Notes: generated by a model from the sequence alone, not told the origin. A stretch of DNA of 63,959 nt, filler included, from 6 parts of 6 records of this genome joined end to end with filler, not necessarily neighbours in it; one strand, 5' to 3'. Numbered from the whole stretch's first letter, positions 20,058 through 30,969 are shown. Numbers and translations: made by a program.

Positions 20058-21176
20058 GTGAGTAAGATGGAGAATATTTATTTTTATAAAATGGAAAAAA
20101 TAAAGAAGAACATACTTGTAGAACTTTATATACATAAAATTGGTTTTTATAGATTCAATTGGCATAAACCTATTGAACTTATATTGATTATGAAAGGTAG
20201 CGTTGAAGTTTGTATCGAGGGGAAAAGGTATAATCTCAGGGAAGATGATTTAATACTCATTAATTCTAATAGTGGGCACGCAACCTTAGCTCAAGAGCCG
20301 GGAAGTAAAGCTATGGTTTTACACATTGACCCCATCTATTTTGAAGAGTATGTCAAAGAGTATAAACATTTTAAATTCAATTCTGCTAATTTCCCAAATA
20401 AAAATAGTGCAGAGGCTAAAGAGTTAAGACAATTATTGATTTTTTTGATGGAATCATTAGGTAAAAATGATATCACTAACCAAATCTATTCTGAAAGTTA
20501 TCTTGCCATGATCTCCGCTAAATTAATTGAAATTTTTGCACCAATAAAAAACGAAACTGATTATCACTCTAAAAATCAAAATCACAGAGAAACAATATAT
20601 AAAATATTAAACTATATGGAAAATAACTTTATCGATCCTATCTCACTTGAAGATGTAGCTGAATTAACAGGATATAATACTAATTATCTTTCTCAGTATT
20701 TTAAAAAAAATATAGGTATTAATTTTCAAGATTATTTAACAAGAATAAGATTAAGAGAGGCAACTATTGAGTTAAGTACAACTAATTTAATGATTGGAGA
20801 TATCGCTATAAAGAATGGTTTTTCCAATATTAAATCATTTAATACTTGCTTTAAAAAAACATTTGGAAGGGTTCCAAGTGAATATAGAAAAAAACTTGAA
20901 ATTGATAAAGATTATAAAAAAATACTTACCAAAAGAGATTTCGTAAAATTAGATAATAAAATCATAAAGAGAAAAATATCAGAATATAAAAATACTACTT
21001 TAATAACTGCCCAGTCAGATAAGAAGCAAGAGATTTCTAATAAAATAGCCCAGAGAAATGAAATTGATAATCTAAAAAAATTAATTAATTTATCTGAAGA
21101 AAGAAATGCTAAAATGCTTGAATTAATAGAAAAAAGCAAAAATGAAATTGATAAACTAAAAGAAAATTTAAATTAG
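20058..21176 (+). CDS. AraC-family regulator (cupin sensor + double HTH + C-terminal coiled-coil-like tail)
   Basis: NWHKPIEL cupin, SLEDVA...YLSQYFKK, GFSNIKSFNTCFKKTFGRVPSEYR. Confidence 0.9.
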   Translation: MSKMENIYFYKMEKIKKNILVELYIHKIGFYRFNWHKPIELILIMKGSVEVCIEGKRYNLREDDLILINSNSGHATLAQEPGSKAMVLHIDPIYFEEYVKEYKHFKFNSANFPNKNSAEAKELRQLLIFLMESLGKNDITNQIYSESYLAMISAKLIEIFAPIKNETDYHSKNQNHRETIYKILNYMENNFIDPISLEDVAELTGYNTNYLSQYFKKNIGINFQDYLTRIRLREATIELSTTNLMIGDIAIKNGFSNIKSFNTCFKKTFGRVPSEYRKKLEIDKDYKKILTKRDFVKLDNKIIKRKISEYKNTTLITAQSDKKQEISNKIAQRNEIDNLKKLINLSEERNAKMLELIEKSKNEIDKLKENLN

Positions 21177-21202
21177 AAAGTTAGAAAGAAATGCCCTTGA
21201 GT

Positions 21203-21256
21203 TAGAGGACACTGAAAAAGGGCATATTAAATTATGCCCTTTTTCAGTGTCCTCTA
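21203..21256. repeat. Perfect 24-bp inverted repeat between convergent genes
   Basis: TAGAGGACACTGAAAAAGGGCATA-TTAAAT-TATGCCCTTTTTCAGTGTCCTCTA. Confidence 0.9.
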
Positions 21257-21296
21257 TAATCAAAAGCTGTTTATTATTACTTGATTTCTCTTTTAG

Positions 21297-22280
21297 CTAT
21301 TCTTTATTGATGAAATTAATAATATCCTGCCATGCTTCAGCAGATATCGAGTGTCCCATATCCTCATAAAACTTGAATTCAACATTTATTTTGTTTTCTT
21401 TCATCAACTCAGAATACAGCTTATATCTTTCCTGATGATTTTGTCCAAACATATCTTGAATCATCACTCTATCTTCGTATGAGTAAGAATCTAAATATGG
21501 TACTGCATCGTCTTTATCTTCACTACCTACAAAATAAAATTTTGGAAGTTCTATATATTTTTTTCTTTTGAAGCTTATTCCGGTTAATGTATCTAAATCA
21601 CTGATTCCAATTGGATATCTCATCGCTTCCCATTGATACTCAGAGAATGGGAGTGTAAACCAACCTCCAGGTGCTCCTGCTACGACTTTCTCTATTTTCT
21701 CAGGGTAGATAAGAGCCAATCTGCTGGCAAAGGTTCCCGAAGAAGAAAAACCAAACGGAATAAACTTACCATTTAACTTTATATTTCTCTCTTTTAATTT
21801 TGCACTGGCGTCATTAATAACACTTATTGCTTGCCTGTCAATTCTTTCAAGTGATTTAATATTAGTTAACAGTGTATTTCTATTAAGCGCCTGTGTATCT
21901 ACCAACCATAGATCATTATAGGCTAGAGATTCATTTGGTACTTTTGAGCTAAATCTGGGAATAGCAAATATTAGTAGTGGCAGCCCTGTCTTTTCAGATA
22001 GATGCTGATATTGAATGATTTTTTTCTTAGCATTATTATAGTGCGTTTGATAATCATCATCAGGTTTAGCTGTGTTATTTGATAAAAAAAGAATTGGTAA
22101 TTCCTTTGATTTAATATTCTCAGGCAGATATATTAAATATGGCCAATGGAAACCTAATTCAGGATTTTCTTTAATTTCAATTATTGAATTTTTCGTTTTT
22201 TCATCAAATTTTATCTCTTTTAAATTCGTACAAGATATTGCAAAAATTAATAAAATTGCGGTACATAATAGTCTAATCAT
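21297..22280 (-). CDS. Lipoprotein with alpha/beta-hydrolase fold
   Basis: Signal peptide with lipobox FAISC, nucleophile elbow GFSSSG, GSEDKDD, C-terminal MGH. Confidence 0.7.
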   Translation of the reverse strand: MIRLLCTAILLIFAISCTNLKEIKFDEKTKNSIIEIKENPELGFHWPYLIYLPENIKSKELPILFLSNNTAKPDDDYQTHYNNAKKKIIQYQHLSEKTGLPLLIFAIPRFSSKVPNESLAYNDLWLVDTQALNRNTLLTNIKSLERIDRQAISVINDASAKLKERNIKLNGKFIPFGFSSSGTFASRLALIYPEKIEKVVAGAPGGWFTLPFSEYQWEAMRYPIGISDLDTLTGISFKRKKYIELPKFYFVGSEDKDDAVPYLDSYSYEDRVMIQDMFGQNHQERYKLYSELMKENKINVEFKFYEDMGHSISAEAWQDIINFINKE

Positions 22281-22378
22281 AGCCCCTCCTTAAATTTAGT
22301 AAATTATATCACTCAAAAATATCATATTCAAGTTTTTTGATTTATTATATAAGTTTTAGTTTCTTTTTGGTACATCTC

Positions 22379-22478
22379 NNNNNNNNNNNNNNNNNNNNNN
22401 NNNNNNNNNNNNNNNNNNNNNNTTAATTAATTAANNNNNNNNNNNNNNNNNNNNNNNNNNNNNNNNNNNNNNNNNNNN
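22379..22478. other. Artificial contig spacer
   Basis: N44-TTAATTAATTAA-N44. Confidence 0.99.
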
Positions 22479-23967
22479 TATTTGTTTGGAAAGCAATTTG
22501 GTCAATAATAGTCAAAGACTCGGTTATAGAATGAACTTGCTCATTTATATTTTCCATAGATGAACTTGTTTGCTGTGAAAGTTCCTTTCCTTTATTTACC
22601 CCATCAATTAAAACTTTTGAAGTAGAAGACAAGTCTTCAATATTTGAAGAATTTTCTCTCATTGTTTGAGTAATCTCCTCTAAAGCTGCAGCTGTTTCTT
22701 CTAAAGAAGATGCTTGTTCATTTGCACTTGTTGTAAGTTTTTCCATATTTGATGTTAGTTGTAAAGAACTAGAACCTAACATCTTACCATTTTCAAGATC
22801 TGTTGATAACATAGTTGATATCTCTTTTCCAAGCTTATTTACACCACTCATAAGAGAACACAACTGTCCTTTACATTGTAAAGAAGTTGTTTTAGTAAAG
22901 TCTCTATTTTCATATGATTCTAAAACTTCAATTGTGTGATGAATTGTATTGTATAGATTTTCAATCATCATATTTAAACTTTCTGTTAATTCATTTATAA
23001 CTTGATTTGAAGTTGTTGCTTCAACTTTCTTAGTTAAGATACCAGAACTAACATCGTTTACTACTCGTGAAACATCTTCTATAACTTTTTCATCTTGTTT
23101 TATAGTTTCTCTAATTTTTAAGATATTTTCATTGATTTGTTTAGTCATTTTTCCGATTTCATCTTTTGTACTAGCTTCTATTAACTCAACATCTTCTCTT
23201 TCTTTATTTAAAAAAGATAAAAATTTCAATAAACCGCTTTCAAAAACTTCAAGTGGAGTAATTAATGATATTTTAGAGATATAAGACACAATTAATACAA
23301 TAAATACTAAAGCTAAAAAACTTGCTATTAAAAGAAAAGAGATTAGTGAAGCTACACTTTCATCTACCATTTTTTCTTCTTTTTGAATCATCTTTTCTAT
23401 ATCATCAATATAAATACCAGTAATGATTGTCCAATTTAATTCTTTAATATATTTTGAATAAGCTAATTTTTTTATCACTTTATTTGTATTTGGTTTTTTA
23501 TAAAAATACTCTACAAATTTTGAATTATCTGTTCCTGTTTTAATCAATGCTTCTCTAAATGCAAAACCATTTACATCAGGTTTTGATATGTCAGTTTTTT
23601 TACCATTTAATTGCGGTTTTGTACCATGAAATGCAAAACTATAATCTGAGCCAATTTTTTCATAAGCAAAAAAGTATCCACTTCCATTTAAAAACCTTGC
23701 ATTTGAAATTGTTGTTATTATTCTTTCTTTTGCTTCCTGTTTTGATGAAGATTGTTTTATAATCCCTTCAATAATACTATATGCTGAAAGTATTTGGTTT
23801 TTCAGCAACTCTTTTTTCTCATTTACAATAGCATTCTCAAACTCCTGAATTGTTTTTTCCCCATTTGAATAAGTTAGATTAACTGTAATAATTGTAGTAA
23901 TTGTTACTATTAATAAAGCAGGTAATAACACTAGTGTTAAAATCTTTTTCCTGATACTGTTCAACAT
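22479..23967 (-). CDS. Cache-domain methyl-accepting chemotaxis protein (3' truncated by contig end)
   Basis: Two TM helices, GYFFAY..DVNG Cache motif, EQASSLEETAAALEEIT, IDQIAFQTN at the break. Confidence 0.9.
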
Positions 23968-24115
23968 AAATAACTTCCTTAAGTGCATTGATTTCTATAT
24001 AATAGGGAGATATGATATTAAAAATAATTTTAAATTACCTTTAAAATTTAAAGTTTTGTTAATTTATATAATTAATATACTAAAATAAAGTTGATTTAAT
24101 AATCAAGATAAAATA

Positions 24116-24748
24116 TTATCTTTCAATTATTCTGATATTTTTCTCTTTTGCACAATCCAATTGATACTTTACCATCATTTCAAAAGGCATTAAAAAGTTT
24201 TTAAAATGAGTTTGTGTTATTGATTCCACTTTTTGTTCATTTAGATGTTTTAAAACACAAAGTACCGATTCAATTGTAGATAAACAAAATTTATTTGGTT
24301 GAGTTTTAATTTTAAAATTCGATTCACTTGTATATTGAAAACTAACTTTTGGAAGTTTTTGTAAGTTTTCACTCAGTCTTAACATTTTTTTAGAACAAGG
24401 CCAAGTTGAATCTAATATAAAAATCACATTTTTATTGTTGTTTGTTGATATTTTTTGAGTATTTAACTCAATAGAATCTTCTGAAGGATAAAGTAAAAAA
24501 GAGTTTAAAGTTGGGTTATTAATCAGTTCATTTACCCTTTTGTGCTTTGAAAAATCAATACCAACTAAAACTTCTGAGTTATTTAAAGATAGATTTGTAA
24601 AGTGTCCTGTTCCATTTTTTGTTTTTCTATATTCTTTTGGGTGCATCAATATTATAAACTTTGTATTTGTATCTATTTTATTTATAAACTTACACATACA
24701 ACTACTTTGAGGTCTATAACAAGAAAAACAAACTTCTCTTTGGTCCAT
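24116..24748 (-). CDS. DTW-domain tRNA-uridine aminocarboxypropyltransferase (TapT-like)
   Basis: CFSCYRP..CMC zinc motif, MHPKE, LLYP, ILDSTW, LSTIES. Confidence 0.85.
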   Translation of the reverse strand: MDQREVCFSCYRPQSSCMCKFINKIDTNTKFIILMHPKEYRKTKNGTGHFTNLSLNNSEVLVGIDFSKHKRVNELINNPTLNSFLLYPSEDSIELNTQKISTNNNKNVIFILDSTWPCSKKMLRLSENLQKLPKVSFQYTSESNFKIKTQPNKFCLSTIESVLCVLKHLNEQKVESITQTHFKNFLMPFEMMVKYQLDCAKEKNIRIIER

Positions 24749-24886
24749 ATCTATCCTATATTTAATTTTTGTATTTTATTAAGTTAAAGCTTTAAATTCA
24801 TAATATAAACATTGCTTTTTGCAATATTTTTACTTCTCTTAAAAAATTTTCATTATAATTTCAAAATATTTAAAGAGGAAAAACCA

Positions 24887-26236
24887 ATGGCTAAGAAAAA
24901 AGTATCATTATTTGAGTGTCAACATTGTGGAGAGCAAAGTACAAAATGGTTAGGAAAATGTCCAAATTGTGGCTCTTGGGATAGTTTTATTGAATTAAAT
25001 CAAGAGCAACAAGAGGTTCTAAAACAAACTGCAAAAGTAGTAAACTCTACTTCAAAAGCTACACCAATCACACAAATTGAACAAGATGATATTACAAGAT
25101 TTTCTTCATACAATGACGAATTTGACTTAGTTTTAGGTGGAGGAATTGTTCCTGGAAGTTTAACTTTAATAGGAGGAAGTCCAGGAGTTGGTAAGTCTAC
25201 CCTACTTTTAAAAGTTGCAGGAAGTATTGCAAAATCAGGCAAGAAAGTATTGTATGTATCAGGAGAGGAAAGTTCAGGTCAAATAAAACTTAGAGCAAAT
25301 AGATTAGATGCAAACCATGATAGCTTATATCTTTTAAGTGAAATTAAACTTGAAGAGGTTATGGATGAACTTTTAAGAGAAGACTATGAGGTTTGTATTA
25401 TCGACTCAATCCAAACAATATATTCTGGTGCAATCACTTCTGCTCCTGGTTCTGTTTCACAAGTTAGAGAGATTACTTTTGAACTTATGAGAAAAGCAAA
25501 AGAGAGTGATATTGCCATGTTTATTATTGGACATATCACTAAAGATGGAAGTATTGCTGGACCTAGAGTTTTAGAACATATGGTTGATACAGTTTTATAT
25601 TTTGAGGGAGAAGCTAGTAGAGAACTTAGAATGCTAAGAGGGTTTAAAAACAGATTTGGTTCAACTTCAGAAATAGGAATCTTTGAGATGACAGCAGAAG
25701 GATTAATCTCTGCAAAAGATATTGCATCTAAATTTTTTGATAAAAGTAAAGCACAAAGTGGTTCAGCATTAACTGTTGTTATGGAGGGAAGTCGTGCACT
25801 TATTATTGAGGTTCAAGCTTTAGTTACCGAATCAACTTATCCAAATCCAAAAAGAAGTGCCACAGGTTTTGATGGAAATAGATTAAATATGTTACTTGCC
25901 CTACTTGAAAAGAAAATTGATTTACCTTTGAACAATTATGATGTTTTTGTCAATATAAGTGGAGGAATTAGAATCAAGGAAAGTTCAGCTGATTTAGCTG
26001 TAATTGCAGCAATAATCAGTTCTTTTAGGGAGAGACCTATATCTAAAGAGTCTACATTTATTGGAGAAGTTTCATTAACAGGTGAAATAAAAGATGTTTA
26101 TTCTATTGACTTGAGATTAAAAGAAGCGCAAGCTCAAGGTATAAAAAAAGCAGTAGTTGCGCAAAAGCCAAACATGAAACTCAGTTTAAAAGCTTTTGCT
26201 GTAGATGAAGTAACAAAAATGATTGAGCTATTTTAA
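24887..26236 (+). CDS. radA: DNA repair protein RadA/Sms
   Basis: C4 zinc finger, GSPGVGKSTL, KNRFG motif, Lon-like C-terminus. Confidence 0.97.
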   Translation: MAKKKVSLFECQHCGEQSTKWLGKCPNCGSWDSFIELNQEQQEVLKQTAKVVNSTSKATPITQIEQDDITRFSSYNDEFDLVLGGGIVPGSLTLIGGSPGVGKSTLLLKVAGSIAKSGKKVLYVSGEESSGQIKLRANRLDANHDSLYLLSEIKLEEVMDELLREDYEVCIIDSIQTIYSGAITSAPGSVSQVREITFELMRKAKESDIAMFIIGHITKDGSIAGPRVLEHMVDTVLYFEGEASRELRMLRGFKNRFGSTSEIGIFEMTAEGLISAKDIASKFFDKSKAQSGSALTVVMEGSRALIIEVQALVTESTYPNPKRSATGFDGNRLNMLLALLEKKIDLPLNNYDVFVNISGGIRIKESSADLAVIAAIISSFRERPISKESTFIGEVSLTGEIKDVYSIDLRLKEAQAQGIKKAVVAQKPNMKLSLKAFAVDEVTKMIELF

Positions 26237-26244
26237 ATAGCCAA

Positions 26245-26649
26245 TTATTTTTCAACTCTTTTTTTAGCTCCATCCATTAATCTTGATTCAGTAACAATTG
26301 CTCTTGTATGAGTTCCTATTCCCACTTTTCCACCTGAATCTTCAACTTCAATAGAAAACTTATAAAGTTTACCTTCCATCCCCTCAAAGGTTGCAGTTGA
26401 TTTAACAATATCATTGTTTAAAGTTGGTGCTAAATGTTTAACATTTACTTCAACCCCTACAGAAAGTTGCCCCTCTTCTAATAAAGGAATTAAAACTTTT
26501 GCAGCACTAGCTTCCATTAAAGCAATCATTCTAGCTGTTGCAAAAACCTCTGGGAAATTATCTTCACTTGAAATTCCCAAGTTTTTTGCTAAATCTTTTT
26601 TTTCAACTTTAAATTCAATAAAATCTTTAGTCCCAATCTCTAATCCCAT
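26245..26649 (-). CDS. Hotdog-fold thioesterase (FlK-like)
   Basis: VFATARMIALME, SVGVEVNVKHLAPT, GTHTRAIV. Confidence 0.85.
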   Translation of the reverse strand: MGLEIGTKDFIEFKVEKKDLAKNLGISSEDNFPEVFATARMIALMEASAAKVLIPLLEEGQLSVGVEVNVKHLAPTLNNDIVKSTATFEGMEGKLYKFSIEVEDSGGKVGIGTHTRAIVTESRLMDGAKKRVEK

Positions 26650-26762
26650 AATTACTCCTAAATTTTTTTACATTTTATATTGAATAAACTTAAATAAAAA
26701 AAAATTTTAGCTACTCATTTGATAAATTCAGGTATAATCCGCGAAAATTAAATGGGTAGGTT

Positions 26763-27182
26763 ATGATCGATTTAGATAATCAAACAGAATTAAATATAGA
26801 AACTTTACAATTAGAAACTATTGCAAAAGAGCTTACACAAAAAGATATCGAACTTATTTTTGTGCATAATGATGAAATTCAAGAGCTAAATAAAGAACAT
26901 AGAAATATTGATAAAGCTACTGATGTACTTAGTTTTCCTTTAGAGTTTGATATGCCAAATATGCCTTTAGGTTCTATTGTAATCTCTGTTGATTTTGTAA
27001 AAGAAAAAGCAAAAGAATATAACCATAGTTTTGATGATGAATTGAAACTACTTTTTATACATGGTCTTCTTCATCTTTTAGGCTTTGACCACGAAATTGA
27101 CAAAGGTGAACATAGAGAAAAAGAAGAAGAACTGATAAAAAAATATAATTTGCCAGATAGCTTAATTGTAAGGAATTCTTAA
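26763..27182 (+). CDS. ybeY: rRNA maturation endoribonuclease YbeY
   Basis: [19 protein letters not shown]. Confidence 0.95.
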   Translation: MIDLDNQTELNIETLQLETIAKELTQKDIELIFVHNDEIQELNKEHRNIDKATDVLSFPLEFDMPNMPLGSIVISVDFVKEKAKEYNHSFDDELKLLFIHGLLHLLGFDHEIDKGEHREKEEELIKKYNLPDSLIVRNS

Positions 27183-27183
27183 A

Positions 27184-27498
27184 ATGGATATTTTAATATT
27201 TATAGTTTCAATGACTGCACTGATTTATGGGGCTGATTTTATTATTGAGCAAAGTGAAAAAATTGCATTACACTACAAAATTTCTCCTTTTGTAATTGGT
27301 GCAACTCTTATTGCAGTAGGAACTTCATTACCAGAAATGGCAGTATCTATATCTGCATCAAGTAAAGGTAGTGGTGATATTGCAGTTGCAAATGTAATAG
27401 GTAGTACAATTTTTAATATTGCCTTGGTTTTAGGAGCAGTATTTTTAATATCTAAAAAAATAAAACCTGATAGAGATTTATTTGCAAAAGATTCAGCA
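27184..27498 (+). CDS. Calcium/sodium antiporter (YrbG-like), 3' truncated
   Basis: Alpha-repeat GTSLPE and NVIGSTIFN. Confidence 0.88.
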
Positions 27499-27598
27499 NN
27501 NNNNNNNNNNNNNNNNNNNNNNNNNNNNNNNNNNNNNNNNNNTTAATTAATTAANNNNNNNNNNNNNNNNNNNNNNNNNNNNNNNNNNNNNNNNNNNN
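27499..27598. other. Artificial contig spacer
   Basis: N44-TTAATTAATTAA-N44. Confidence 0.99.
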
Positions 27599-27610
27599 GG
27601 CCTTGCGTTC

Positions 27611-27628
27611 GCCGCTCAACTTAACGTT
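27611..27628 (+). repeat. Possible right half of a degenerate attC site at the contig start
   Basis: GCCGCTCAACTTAACGTT resembles attC L'-spacer-GTT ends; CCGCTCAACTT recurs at 29795-29805; the bases after GTT do not fit RRRY. Confidence 0.35.
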
Positions 27629-27782
27629 TTTTACTCAATGTTTTCTTGGCGGCTGAACCACCGGCATGAATTAAAACAAATAATAGCAGGTTTTATGAAC
27701 TACTTAGCGCTGATCCACAAAGGTTATAAATGCAGATCTTTAAAGATTCTCAAGTGTCCTTTTATGTGAATCGGAGGTATAT

Positions 27783-29621
27783 ATGAGTAATGATGACTTA
27801 TTCAATAAATACGGTTTAGCAGGTTCTTCAATATATAATGACCTCACAAAAAACAAATCTATATTTGGTGATGTATTGGGAACGAAAAACCCCTTTGATA
27901 TTTCAAAGAATATTCTTAATGACCCTTTATCAATGCATCGTTTTAAGTCAGAAGCAGTGCAAGAGGAAAAGAAAGATATGACTCAAGAAGAACTGATTAA
28001 AATCATAATAGAGACTTCCGAGGAAGGAAAAACCGAATTAGAATTGGAATCGAATGGATTAAGGAATCTTCCGGCAGAGATAGGTAGCTTAAGGTTAATC
28101 GAAAAATTAGATTTATCCGAAAATAAATTACAAACATTGCCTGATGAATTCAATAAATTGGAAAATCTTTCCGTGCTCATTTTAAGTGAGAATCAATTTC
28201 GTGATTTTCCAGAAGTTATTTTTAAACTAAATAACTTAGAAGAAATTATCATTAACAACAATCGCCTTCGAGAACTTCCCGCAGGAATTAATGGATTAAA
28301 AAAATTATTGAAAATCGATCTCTCCAATAACAATTTACGAGATTTGCCAGATGATATCAAACTAACAAAGATTCAAGAACTCTTGTTATCGGACAATCAA
28401 TTCCGCGAACTACCTATTTCCATATGTGAACTCAGAGAATTGAGTCTATTGGACATATCAAATAATGAACTACGATCCTTACCAAAAGAAATTGGATCAC
28501 TTAGATCTCTTCAGGAATTTTTAATTTCATCTAATGAAATTTCGTATCTTCCTCAAGAGATTATTTACCTTTCGAGTTTACAACAACTTGATGTTTCAGA
28601 TAATGAGCTTATTGAACTCGTGGATGAAATTGGGTTGCTGGAAAACCTCACGAAACTATCTATCAAGAATAATATGCTTGAGTTATTGCCGGAATCGGTT
28701 GGGCAACTTTTGTCATTAAGAAAATTAGTTGTAAGTGGAAACAAATTAAATGAACTTCCATCAGAATTAGTAAACTGTGAATTCCTCGAAGAACTTGAAG
28801 TTGAAGACAATCCACTTGAATCTCCACCCAATGATGTAATAGAAAACGGACTACATGCCATTAAATTCTATTTTCTTTCAAAAGCAGTTCGTTTTTTTGA
28901 CACAAAATATAAAAGATATTCATTTAATTTTCCAAAAGAGATTAAAACAGCCTTTAAACAATATCTTTCATATTTTAATGAGTTCGTACATATAGCTAAA
29001 GGCAAAAATATAGGGTTTGAAGTTAGATCGACTAAAAAAGGAATTGAAATTGGTGTAAAAACTGAAAACGAGAGTGAAATTAAAGAGATTGGCGATTATT
29101 TTGAGGAATACATTAAATTTATTGAACAAAACATTGATGAATTGCGAGTAGACATCGATGCAGATATAACAAATGCTGAAAAAGATATATTGATTGTCGA
29201 ATTGAAAAATCAAGTTCGTAATTTTCAAACTGCGATTGAAATTAGAGATGTCAAACTAAGATTGCTTCAGGATGAAATGAAAAATTTACGTCAAATTATG
29301 TTAAATTACAGTAATAACCCTACTCCTATTGCACTAGATATATCAGTGGGAGTAGAAATTCAACAAACCATTGATCAAGTTCATCCAGAACATCTACCGA
29401 AAATTTTCGACGCCTTCCAGAATGAATTAACAAAAAACAAAGAACAATATTTGCAAAACTTAGCTGAATTGAATGATAGTTTAGAGTTCATTAAACGCCA
29501 AATAGATACGAGCAAGCCTAATATGTTTGGCATTAAGGAGAATTTAAAAACAATTTCGGACTTAATGGGAGGGACAGCAGCCAGTATTCTTGGTAATATT
29601 ATTACAGCCGGAGTTTTATAA
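27783..29621 (+). CDS. Leucine-rich repeat protein with unknown C-terminal domain
   Basis: About a dozen ~23-aa LxxLxLxxNxLxxLP repeats, capped by NPLESPP..VIENG..AIKFYF; GGAGG RBS. Confidence 0.9.
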   Translation: MSNDDLFNKYGLAGSSIYNDLTKNKSIFGDVLGTKNPFDISKNILNDPLSMHRFKSEAVQEEKKDMTQEELIKIIIETSEEGKTELELESNGLRNLPAEIGSLRLIEKLDLSENKLQTLPDEFNKLENLSVLILSENQFRDFPEVIFKLNNLEEIIINNNRLRELPAGINGLKKLLKIDLSNNNLRDLPDDIKLTKIQELLLSDNQFRELPISICELRELSLLDISNNELRSLPKEIGSLRSLQEFLISSNEISYLPQEIIYLSSLQQLDVSDNELIELVDEIGLLENLTKLSIKNNMLELLPESVGQLLSLRKLVVSGNKLNELPSELVNCEFLEELEVEDNPLESPPNDVIENGLHAIKFYFLSKAVRFFDTKYKRYSFNFPKEIKTAFKQYLSYFNEFVHIAKGKNIGFEVRSTKKGIEIGVKTENESEIKEIGDYFEEYIKFIEQNIDELRVDIDADITNAEKDILIVELKNQVRNFQTAIEIRDVKLRLLQDEMKNLRQIMLNYSNNPTPIALDISVGVEIQQTIDQVHPEHLPKIFDAFQNELTKNKEQYLQNLAELNDSLEFIKRQIDTSKPNMFGIKENLKTISDLMGGTAASILGNIITAGVL

Positions 29622-29678
29622 AAGTAATTTTTTATTGCTCCTAATTAAACCTGAGTTTCTCTTGAAACTTATCAGCAT

Positions 29679-29729
29679 TCCTAACAATGAACATTCTGAC
29701 GGATAAACCGCAGATGTTCCAAGTTAACA
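29679..29729 (+). repeat. attC-like integron recombination site
   Basis: TCCTAAC-AATGAA-CAT(T)CTG-(A)CGG-ATAAA-CCG-CAGATG-TTCCAA-GTTAACA: AAC/GTT core, unpaired spacer, two extrahelical bases; 23/24 nt shared with 38445-38468. Confidence 0.6.
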
Positions 29730-29880
29730 GGACACAGGGCTCGGGATGGACAATCGACTGATTATATGTTACCGCTGAAGCGTTAGCAGCGCGACCGCTC
29801 AACTTCGTTGAGACGGGTAAGCACAGCTAAAACTTCAGCGGCAATGAGGATGATAGCCCTTATCCCACTTCCCTCGTGCC

Positions 29881-29929
29881 TATTAACAAGCCGCTGCACT
29901 CAGACAAGCTTGTGAGTTAAATATTAAAA
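29881..29929 (+). repeat. Degenerate attC-like site upstream of mrr
   Basis: TATTAAC-AAGCC-GCT(G)CAC...GTGAGT-TAAAT-ATTAAAA; left half is typical of attC, GTT core changed to ATT. Confidence 0.45.
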
Positions 29930-29953
29930 ATCGAATAAAGAGAGAAAAAACAC

Positions 29954-30871
29954 ATGATCCCGAAATATGAAGAAATAATGCTGCCATTTCTTAAGTTTCT
30001 CTCAGATGGCAATGAGCATAGTTTAAGCGAAGCTCATGATGCATTGGCAAAACAGTTTCTGTTAAGGGATTCTGAATTGCGAGAGTTGCTACCAAGTGGC
30101 AGGCAACCCATATTTAGAAACAGAGTCGGCTGGGCAAGAACATATTTGAAGAAAGCCAAACTCTTAATTTCTCCCAAAAGAGCTCATTTCAAAATCAGTG
30201 AAAGAGGATTGGATCTTTTAAAAGAAAATCCCGATCAAATCACTTCTAAATTTTTAACCCGATATGAAGAATTCGTAGAATTCCAATCAATTAAAAAAGA
30301 TAAAAAAGAAAAGGGACAGGTGCCACAACCTCAGTCTATTAATGGCGCTGATCAGACTCCGGAAGAGTCGCTTGAAATGGCCTACCAGAAACTCCACGCC
30401 GAATTGTCGAAAGAAGTACTTGAAATTGTAAAATCATGCTCTCCTTCTTTCTTTGAAAACTTGGTCATCGACCTGCTTATCACCATGGGATATGGCGGTT
30501 CAAGAAAAGAGGCCGGGCAGGCAATGGGAAAATCAGGGGACGGCGGGATCGATGGACTCATTAAAGAGGATAAACTGGGTCTTGATGTGATATATCTTCA
30601 GGCGAAAAAATGGGAGAATGCAGTTCCTGTAAAAGAAATTAGGGATTTCACCGGTGCTCTTGCTTCCATGAAAGCCAAAAAAGGAATATTTATCACAACC
30701 TCAACTTTTCCGAAAAGTGCTTACGACTTTGTGTCTCAAGTCGAATATAAAATTATCCTGATCGATGGAGAGCATTTGGCTGATTTGATGATAGAAAACA
30801 ATGTCGGATTATCAACAATAAATACATATCAGGTCAAAACAATTGATTTTGACTATTTTGAAGATAATTAG
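29954..30871 (+). CDS. mrr: Mrr-family type IV restriction endonuclease
   Basis: Mrr_N wHTH (IPKYEEIMLP, FRNRVGWARTYL) plus Mrr_cat (FFENLVIDLL, GDGGIDG, YLQAKKW, KGIFITTS). Confidence 0.93.
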   Translation: MIPKYEEIMLPFLKFLSDGNEHSLSEAHDALAKQFLLRDSELRELLPSGRQPIFRNRVGWARTYLKKAKLLISPKRAHFKISERGLDLLKENPDQITSKFLTRYEEFVEFQSIKKDKKEKGQVPQPQSINGADQTPEESLEMAYQKLHAELSKEVLEIVKSCSPSFFENLVIDLLITMGYGGSRKEAGQAMGKSGDGGIDGLIKEDKLGLDVIYLQAKKWENAVPVKEIRDFTGALASMKAKKGIFITTSTFPKSAYDFVSQVEYKIILIDGEHLADLMIENNVGLSTINTYQVKTIDFDYFEDN

Positions 30872-30969
30872 CGAATTAAAGATCAAAGCCAATTTGACAC
30901 AATAATAATTTTTTCTAAATCCAAGTCATTATATTCCGATTCCGAAAATAACAATACTTGATATATATC

